From IMG/VR virus record IMGVR_UViG_2713896783_000032: a stretch of 3,901 nucleotides of DNA, one strand, 5' to 3'. Of the stretch, positions 1 through 3,901 are shown piece after piece. Within the stretch, counting starts at the first letter, position 1, and the number at the start of each line of letters is the position of its first letter. The stretch is from a virus (Duplodnaviria; Heunggongvirae; Uroviricota; Caudoviricetes). The notes under the pieces were generated by a model. That model made no database searches, had not been told where the DNA came from, and was given only the letters and a program-made list of their open reading frames with translations. The translations under genes and the position numbers were made by a program.

Positions 1-162
1 ATTACGAGCCAGGGCTTCCGGATGGCTGTCGTCGTACAGTTCCGGGAACGTCATCCCCAGTTCGAAATAAGTCCGGGCTATTTCAGCTGCAGGAACTTTC
101 TCACCATCAGGATATGCCCAGGCATTCATCGCCATGCGGATGTGCTCATGTTTGATTTTCAT
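1..162 (-). CDS. ydaT: YdaT-like protein (proposed cII analogue of Rac-type prophages), N-terminal 54 codons only; 3' end runs off the window
   Basis: Minus-strand ATG at 162..160 opens a frame that stays open to position 1, translating MKIKHEHIRMAMNAWAYPDGEKVPAAEIARTYFELGMTFPELYDDSHPEALARN. This matches my memory of the E. coli Rac YdaT N-terminus. A possible SD (AAGAGG) lies about 10 nt upstream, inside the ydaS coding region. Not in the supplied ORF track because it is truncated. Confidence 0.65.
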   Translation of the reverse strand, partial: MKIKHEHIRMAMNAWAYPDGEKVPAAEIARTYFELGMTFPELYDDSHPEALARN

Positions 163-469
163 GAATCATTTGCCTCTTGATGCTTCGGGTATGATCGTTT
201 TCGTCATTTGGTTGCTTCATCGACATATTCTGCGAATAACATGACGAGCGTCGTAAGTATGTCCAATCAACATCAGGACGAAGTTCTTCACACAGGACAC
301 CACCTTTTGTTGCTCGTTCAATCGCAGGACATCTCTCAGCAGGCAACTGACGTACACCTTTGATCCATTGATTTACGCTTGGAGGAGATACACCTAAAAG
401 CCTAGCCATTGCTGATTGCCCACCGACAACAGCACAAGCTCGTTTGAATGAATAGTTATCTTTTTTCAT
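146..469 (-). CDS. ydaS: YdaS-like Cro/CI-type helix-turn-helix regulator (cro analogue)
   Basis: ORF track 146..490 (-). The codon at 490..488 is GTG; the more likely start is the ATG at 469..467, which has GGAG 8 nt upstream, giving 107 aa. Translation MKKDNYSFKRACAVVGGQSAMARLLGVSPPSVNQWIKGVRQLPAERCPAIERAT... is an HTH motif and resembles Rac YdaS from memory. It is divergent from the repressor gene and overlaps the downstream ydaT-like start by 17 nt. Confidence 0.8.
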   Translation of the reverse strand: MKKDNYSFKRACAVVGGQSAMARLLGVSPPSVNQWIKGVRQLPAERCPAIERATKGGVLCEELRPDVDWTYLRRSSCYSQNMSMKQPNDENDHTRSIKRQMIHENQT

Positions 470-496
470 CGAATGAACTCCAAAAAACACACAATA

Positions 497-526
497 ATAT
501 TAGGCTTAGCCTAATGCAATTGTCAA
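497..526 (-). promoter_or_regulatory. Candidate sigma70 promoter for the ydaS-ydaT transcript (PR-like): -35 TTGACA, 18-nt spacer, -10 TAATAT
   Basis: On the minus strand TTGACA is the reverse complement of plus 521..526 and TAATAT is the reverse complement of plus 497..502. The -10 sits next to operator copy 1 and the -35 next to copy 2. Predicted start is near 490, about 20 nt before the ydaS ATG. Confidence 0.45.
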
Positions 527-565
527 TAGGCTATGCCTAACACTTCGAGAGTAGGCATTGCCTAA
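499..565. promoter_or_regulatory. Tripartite operator (OR-like): three copies of the dyad TTAGGC-N3-GCCTAA
   Basis: Copies at 500..514 (TTAGGCTTAGCCTAA), 526..540 (ATAGGCTATGCCTAA) and 551..565 (GTAGGCATTGCCTAA). Centre-to-centre spacing is 26 and 25 bp. They lie in the 103-bp divergent region between the ydaS-like and racR-like genes. Confidence 0.65.
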
Positions 566-593
566 TGCGATGCGCATAGGAGACTATTAAGCA

Positions 594-1070
594 ATGCTTA
601 GTGGTAAAGACTTAGGCCGAGCGATAGAGCAGGCCATTAACAAAAAAATTGCATCAGGAGCCGTCAAATCAAAGGCGGAAATCGCACGTCATTTCAAAGT
701 CCAACCACCATCAATCCATGACTGGATTAAGAAAGGTTCGATAAGTAAAGACAAACTTCCAGAACTATGGCGTTTCTTTTCTGATGTGGTTGGTCCAGAG
801 CATTGGGGGCTTAACGAATACCCCATACCAACCCCATCCACTTCAGATACAAAAAGTGAACTTTTAGACATAAACAGCCTTTATCAAGCCGCCTCTGATG
901 AAAAAAGAGCAATTGTGGCTTTCCTCTTATCTGGAAATGCTACGGAGCCTAGTTGGGTTGATCATGACGTTCGTGCCTACATTGCCGCAATGGAAATGAA
1001 GGTAGCTAACTATCTGAAAAATCAAGAATCAAAACGGAAAAGCCAGAACATCACCAAGACAGGAACTTAA
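594..1070 (+). CDS. racR: RacR-like prophage repressor (CI analogue), 158 aa, N-terminal HTH
   Basis: ORF track 594..1070 (+). AGGAG at 578..582 lies 11 nt before the ATG. Translation MLSGKDLGRAIEQAINKKIASGAVKSKAEIARHFKVQPPSIHDWIKKGS... resembles E. coli Rac RacR from memory. It is divergent from the cro-like gene and flanked on both sides by the same operator motif. Confidence 0.85.
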   Translation: MLSGKDLGRAIEQAINKKIASGAVKSKAEIARHFKVQPPSIHDWIKKGSISKDKLPELWRFFSDVVGPEHWGLNEYPIPTPSTSDTKSELLDINSLYQAASDEKRAIVAFLLSGNATEPSWVDHDVRAYIAAMEMKVANYLKNQESKRKSQNITKTGT

Positions 1071-1084
1071 ACTTATATGGTCCG

Positions 1085-1106
1085 ACGGGAAATTCCTAGT
1101 TCCCGT
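1085..1106 (+). other. Stem-loop 15 nt after the racR stop (ACGGGAA / 8-nt loop / TTCCCGT); possible transcript end or processing structure, not a canonical intrinsic terminator
   Basis: 7-bp perfect inverted repeat at 1085..1091 and 1100..1106. No U-tract follows; instead a C-rich, G-poor tract. Confidence 0.25.
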
Positions 1107-1164
1107 TAGTTAACTCCTACTACCTCTCCCACAAACCATCACCTATTAGGTCGCACCCAAATCA

Positions 1165-1204
1165 TTAGGCGTAGCCTATTGACAAGCAATTAGGCATTTC
1201 CTAT
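1165..1204. promoter_or_regulatory. Second operator pair (OL-like) with the same dyad motif
   Basis: Copies at 1165..1179 (TTAGGCGTAGCCTAT) and 1190..1204 (TTAGGCATTTCCTAT, one mismatch in the right half). Centres are 25 bp apart. One abuts the -35 and the other overlaps the spacer and -10 of the promoter below. Confidence 0.6.
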
Positions 1205-1207
1205 AGT
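1179..1207 (+). promoter_or_regulatory. Strong candidate sigma70 promoter (PL-like), rightward: -35 TTGACA, 17-nt spacer, -10 TATAGT
   Basis: TTGACA at 1179..1184 and TATAGT at 1202..1207 with exactly 17 nt between. Predicted start near 1214, pointing into the small downstream gene and on toward xis-int. Confidence 0.65.
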
Positions 1208-1385
1208 TTTCCCATACCAACCCATCCCGTCCCACACAATACAGGGCAATACCTAGAGTTACCCGGCAGTGGTCAGGGATTAAGTAGCCAGCCCGAGGCG
1301 TAAGAACATGACGGCAGGGTTCAACTTTAACTATGCAGCAGGTTTTTGTTCCGCTACCCCGGCGTTAAGGGGATATGAGGTCAGC

Positions 1386-1538
1386 ATGGATACTCTTGAT
1401 CTTGGCAACAACGAATCTCTGGTGTGCGGCGTGTTTCCCAACCAGGACGGCACGTTCACCGCGATGACGTATACCAAAAGCAAAACGTTTAAAACCGAAT
1501 CTGGCGCGCGTCGCTGGTTAGCAAGAAACTCTGACTAA
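1386..1538 (+). CDS. Small prophage protein, 50 aa, resembling the YdaF/YdfA (DUF1391) family; first gene of the PL-like operon
   Basis: ORF track gives 1308..1538. The internal ATG at 1386 has GAGG 5 nt upstream and yields MDTLDLGNNESLVCGVFPNQDGTFTAMTYTKSKTFKTESGARRWLARNSD, which matches my memory of the roughly 51-aa YdaF/YdfA proteins of Rac and Qin. The 1308 start (76 aa) is a possible alternative. Confidence 0.55.
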   Translation: MDTLDLGNNESLVCGVFPNQDGTFTAMTYTKSKTFKTESGARRWLARNSD

Positions 1539-1625
1539 TGAAATCTGGTAATTAAGGAATCCTCCACGGGGGGAGAGTGGTGCACACGCGCCGGACACAA
1601 GCAAGCATCCGGCATGCTCTTTAAC

Positions 1626-1638
1626 AATCTGGATATCC
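1626..1638. repeat. Left arm of a 13-bp perfect inverted repeat (AATCTGGATATCC), 15 bp downstream of the antisense gene stop
   Basis: Exact reverse complement of 2193..2205. The core GGATATCC is itself palindromic. Confidence 0.5.
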
Positions 1639-1652
1639 ATAACAGTAAAAAT

Positions 1653-2144
1653 CTACAGATTGCCGTTCAGTTTTCTGGCCAACTCTTCAATAGATGGAGG
1701 TGATACGTAATCCGGATTTTTATTCATAAGAAACTGATTTTCACAGTACAGGCACCTGCTTTTATGAAAAAATTCATATTCTCTAACCGGGAATGGCTGA
1801 AGTATCGATACTATCTTTTGTCCAAAACATTTTGGACAAAGATGCATGATTATGCTGCCGCCGTTCACGGTTACCTCCTTCGAGTACACAAAAGTTCCCG
1901 ACTCAAGTTGGCTAAGGATATAACCTTCCGTCTGAGCCTCAAAGTTTTCAAATTCTGCAATTTTAGCTTTGAGAGAAGCATTTATTTCTTGATAAGTGCC
2001 CACCAGCTCAACGAGAGACACGCATTCGCGCTGAATAGATGCAAGCTTTGAGTTCAGTTCACCAATAGCCGCATTTACTTCAGCTTGAGTTTTTGCCTCG
2101 TTCATTAGTTTTGCAATCTGGGCGGTTTCACGAATAGCCGTCAT
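1653..2144 (-). CDS. Hypothetical protein, about 163 aa: N-terminal coiled-coil-like segment plus C-terminal Cys4 zinc ribbon (CPKC-x24-CLYC); no family recognised
   Basis: ORF track 1653..2321 (-). The first 59 codons cover the repeat-rich upstream region and look non-coding. Likely start is ATG 2144..2142 (MTAIRETAQIAKLMNEAKTQAEVNAAIGELNSKLASIQRECVSLVELVGTYQEINASLKAKIAEFENFEAQTEGY...) or the in-frame GTG at 2168..2166, which has AAGAG upstream. Stop TAG is the reverse complement of plus 1653..1655. The region is AT-rich and the gene runs opposite to the PL-like operon. Confidence 0.55.
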   Translation of the reverse strand: MTAIRETAQIAKLMNEAKTQAEVNAAIGELNSKLASIQRECVSLVELVGTYQEINASLKAKIAEFENFEAQTEGYILSQLESGTFVYSKEVTVNGGSIIMHLCPKCFGQKIVSILQPFPVREYEFFHKSRCLYCENQFLMNKNPDYVSPPSIEELARKLNGNL

Positions 2145-2182
2145 TGCTGCCGTTAATTCAGCGATCACATTCAATACTCTTA

Positions 2183-2228
2183 TTGTTGTTGGGGATATCC
2201 AGATTAACAAGATCCTTGTTGTTGGGGA
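2183..2228. repeat. Two direct copies of TTGTTGTTGGGGA, 33 bp apart, in the upstream region of the antisense gene
   Basis: Identical 13-mers at 2183..2195 and 2216..2228. The first copy overlaps the right arm of the inverted repeat by 3 bp. Confidence 0.5.
2193..2205. repeat. Right arm of the 13-bp perfect inverted repeat (GGATATCCAGATT)
   Basis: Reverse complement of 1626..1638. Lies about 50 bp upstream of the ATG 2144 start of the antisense gene. Confidence 0.5.
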
Positions 2229-2354
2229 ATAACGGGGACCACCTCGCCTGACGTGGTAAAAAGCAGGCACACAACACGAAAGCACACGGCGAGGGACACC
2301 ATTAAATGGTGGCTTAAGCAATCACGCGAAGCGCAATCTGCCATTATGACCGAT

Positions 2355-2404
2355 NNNNNNNNNNNNNNNNNNNNNNNNNNNNNNNNNNNNNNNNNNNNNN
2401 NNNN
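2355..2404. other. Run of 50 N: assembly gap or masked sequence; true length and content unknown
   Basis: Fifty consecutive n characters. Reading frames cannot be trusted across it. Confidence 0.95.
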
Positions 2405-2483
2405 ACTTGATGACGCCCGTTACCAGGCAAAATACGTTTCAGTTATCTGGCAAAAACTGATCCCGAGTCAGGCTGATTTTTAA
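2405..2483 (+). CDS. Possible 3' end of an unidentified gene whose start lies inside or before the N block (...LDDARYQAKYVSVIWQKLIPSQADF)
   Basis: Open frame from the right edge of the gap to TAA at 2481..2483, in the same orientation as xis and int and 61 nt upstream of the xis start. No family recognised. Confidence 0.2.
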
Positions 2484-2494
2484 TGTTCAACCGT

Positions 2495-2526
2495 CGCCAG
2501 TTGTCGTTGATATTCTGCAACTGGCG
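2495..2526 (+). promoter_or_regulatory. 9-bp perfect inverted repeat (CGCCAGTTG / 14 nt / CAACTGGCG) just upstream of the xis ribosome-binding site
   Basis: Arms at 2495..2503 and 2518..2526. No T-tract follows on either strand, so it is more likely a protein-binding palindrome or an RNA stem-loop than an intrinsic terminator. Confidence 0.35.
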
Positions 2527-2544
2527 CGTTCCGGAGTGATAGCC

Positions 2545-2814
2545 ATGAGCGAACAGTACCTGATAACGCTCGACGAGTGGAAACCAAAACGGTTCAGTCT
2601 CCCAATAACAAACACTACCCTGGTGAAATACGGAAAACTAGGATACATCGTTCCAAGACCACAAAAAATTCGTGGGCGTTGGCTGATAGATCGCCGAGCA
2701 GTATTTGTTGGGCCTGGTGAAACGGGAATTGCGCCGGAAATTCATACTGGCGATGATGATGCACTGAAGGAGATTTTAACTCATGTCACCGAGGCCACGA
2801 AAAAACAGCACTGA
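2545..2814 (+). CDS. xis: Excisionase-like protein (Xis), 89 aa
   Basis: ORF track 2536..2814, whose first codon is GTG. ATG at 2545 has GGAG 8 nt upstream and gives MSEQYLITLDEWKPKRFSLPITNTTLVKYGKLGYIVPRPQKIRGRWLIDRRAVFVG.... Small, basic, immediately upstream of and overlapping the integrase by 32 nt, as with lambda xis-int. The Xis assignment rests on position and size more than on sequence. Confidence 0.6.
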   Translation: MSEQYLITLDEWKPKRFSLPITNTTLVKYGKLGYIVPRPQKIRGRWLIDRRAVFVGPGETGIAPEIHTGDDDALKEILTHVTEATKKQH

Positions 2815-3901
2815 CGTAGCCGGTCTTTACGAAAAGTTTGATCGCAGAACTGGCAGAGTTTACTACCAGTATAAAAATCCTGTGACTGGAAAATTTCACG
2901 GACTCGGAACAGACAAAGGTAAGGCAGAAAAAATCGCTTCCACAGCCAATCAGCGAATAGCTGCAGCAGAAGCTGAATATTTCATGCGCAAAATTGATGA
3001 AAGTCCGTCAGCAACAAAACGTCGGGGTATCAGATTAAAGGCATGGGTTGATCGATATCTGAAAATACAGGACACGCGACTGAAAAATGGAGATATTGCA
3101 GCTACAACTCACAAAGAAAAAACTCGAATGGCTGCATACCTGGTTTCCCGTCTGGGAAACCACCCATTGAAAGAACTGGAAGTAAGAGACTTTGCATTAA
3201 TACTGGATGAGTGGCTGGATAAAGACATGGTCAGTACAGCGAGAGTAAATCGTGGATTATGGGTTGATATTTATAAAGAAGCACAGCATGCAGGGGAAGT
3301 TCCTCCTGGATGGAATCCTCCGGAGGCTACCCGTAAACCGATCCCTAAAGTAACCAGAGCCAGGCTCACCATGGAAGACTGGCAAAAAATTTACAATGCA
3401 ACGCCTGAAAAACACTTTATCCGTAACGCAATGCTTCTTGCGATTGTTACTGGTCAGCGCCGTGATGACATTTGCCACATGCGTTTTTCAGATGTGTGGA
3501 ACGAACACTTGCATATCACCCAGGGAAAAACCGGAATGCGTCTGGCGTTACCGCTTACACTACGCTGTGATGCCATTGGGATAACGTTAAAAGAAGTTAT
3601 TGATGGGTGCCGAGACAGAATATTAAGTCCATATCTAATCCATAGTCGGCACCAGAAACAACCGAAGCCGATGAGTAAAGACAACCTGAGCGACTACTTT
3701 GCCAAAGCACGGGATCTGGCTGGGGTAATTCCACCAGCAGGAAAAACTCCGCCAACATTTCATGAACAACGCTCTCTATCAGAACGGCTGTACCGTGCAC
3801 AGGGTATCGATACAAAAACATTACTAGGACATAAAGTCCAGGCAACCACCGATCGCTATAACGATACTCGAGGTCAGGAATGGGTTAAGTTGGTTATTTG
3901 A
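2783..3901 (+). CDS. int: Lambda-family tyrosine integrase (site-specific recombinase), 372 aa, complete
   Basis: ORF track 2783..3901. AAGGAG lies 10 nt upstream of the ATG. The N-terminus YYQYKNPVTGKFHGLG resembles the lambda Int arm-binding domain. The C-terminus carries catalytic motifs VTGQRRDD, FHEQRSLSERLY, LLGHK and TDRYNDTRGQEW (catalytic Tyr), closely paralleling lambda Int. The stop TGA is at 3899..3901, the window end. Confidence 0.9.
   Translation: MSPRPRKNSTDVAGLYEKFDRRTGRVYYQYKNPVTGKFHGLGTDKGKAEKIASTANQRIAAAEAEYFMRKIDESPSATKRRGIRLKAWVDRYLKIQDTRLKNGDIAATTHKEKTRMAAYLVSRLGNHPLKELEVRDFALILDEWLDKDMVSTARVNRGLWVDIYKEAQHAGEVPPGWNPPEATRKPIPKVTRARLTMEDWQKIYNATPEKHFIRNAMLLAIVTGQRRDDICHMRFSDVWNEHLHITQGKTGMRLALPLTLRCDAIGITLKEVIDGCRDRILSPYLIHSRHQKQPKPMSKDNLSDYFAKARDLAGVIPPAGKTPPTFHEQRSLSERLYRAQGIDTKTLLGHKVQATTDRYNDTRGQEWVKLVI

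Noticed and set aside
538-566. PRM-like promoter for racR (-10 candidate CCTAAT at 561..566)
   Set aside because: No acceptable -35 hexamer at the right spacing (TAACAC matches TTGACA at only 1 of 6 positions), so the racR promoter was not annotated; it may depend on an activator or lie elsewhere.
689-871. 60-aa ORF on the minus strand inside racR
   Set aside because: Entirely antisense to a well-supported repressor gene, with no RBS and a low-complexity translation; treated as a spurious overlapping frame.
1085-1106. Rho-independent terminator for racR
   Set aside because: The stem is only 7 bp, not GC-rich, and has no downstream U-tract. Kept as a stem-loop feature of uncertain function, not called a terminator.
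1308-1385. Longer 76-aa version of the small PL-operon gene starting at ATG 1308
   Set aside because: The 50-aa form from ATG 1386 has the better-placed SD and matches the remembered size of YdaF/YdfA-family proteins. The longer start is not excluded.
1764-2051. 95-aa ORF on the plus strand (MKKFIFSNREWLKY...)
   Set aside because: Lies wholly within and antisense to the longer coiled-coil/zinc-ribbon frame. Its F/K/L/Y-rich composition is what an AT-rich antisense frame produces, and the opposite frame has the start signals and domain-like features. It could only be real if the minus-strand gene is not.
1653-2144. DksA/TraR-family assignment for the coiled-coil plus Cys4 protein
   Set aside because: The overall architecture is similar, but the cysteine spacing (CxxC-x24-CxxC) and the residues around it do not fit the TraR/DksA C4 signature as I remember it. 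Left as unassigned pending a profile search.
2183-2228. Possible CRISPR-like array
   Set aside because: Only two 13-bp copies, too short and too few for a CRISPR array, and no cas genes in the window.
2145-2321. N-terminal 59 codons of ORF 1653..2321 (MLKPPFNGVPRRVLSCCVPAFYHV...)
   Set aside because: This stretch covers the direct and inverted repeats, has an unprotein-like composition and lacks a convincing RBS at 2321; the start was moved to ATG 2144 or GTG 2168.
2253-2483. 76-aa ORF spanning the N block
   Set aside because: The frame is carried across 50 N of unknown true length, so the continuity is an artefact. Only the part after the gap (2405..2483) is kept, as a low-confidence gene fragment. 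The 5' part begins with GTG and has no clear RBS.
3257-3845. Four short ORFs inside the integrase gene (3257..3478 -, 3396..3584 +, 3454..3684 -, 3597..3845 -)
   Set aside because: All overlap the integrase, whose frame carries the complete set of tyrosine-recombinase motifs; treated as out-of-frame or antisense artefacts.

Overview
This 3.9-kb window looks like a compact lambdoid prophage or prophage remnant of the E. coli Rac/Qin type, read here with the immunity region on the left and the integration module on the right. All family assignments are from reading the translations against remembered protein families; no database search was run. Layout, left to right: a partial ydaT-like gene (-), an overlapping ydaS-like Cro-type HTH gene (-), a divergent intergenic region with three copies of a TTAGGC-N3-GCCTAA dyad operator at about 25-bp spacing, a racR-like repressor gene (+), a second operator pair interlocked with a near-consensus sigma70 promoter (TTGACA-17-TATAGT) pointing rightward, and a small ydaF/ydfA-like gene (+). 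The middle holds an AT-rich gene on the opposite strand encoding an unrecognised coiled-coil plus Cys4 zinc-ribbon protein, bracketed by a 13-bp perfect inverted repeat and preceded by two 13-bp direct repeats; this is the best candidate for a novel accessory or defence function. A block of 50 N (2355..2404) follows, so contiguity and content there are unknown. The right end carries an excisionase-like gene overlapping a complete lambda-family tyrosine integrase whose stop codon is the last triplet of the window, so the attachment site should lie just beyond 3901. No tRNA, rRNA, CRISPR array or transposase was seen.
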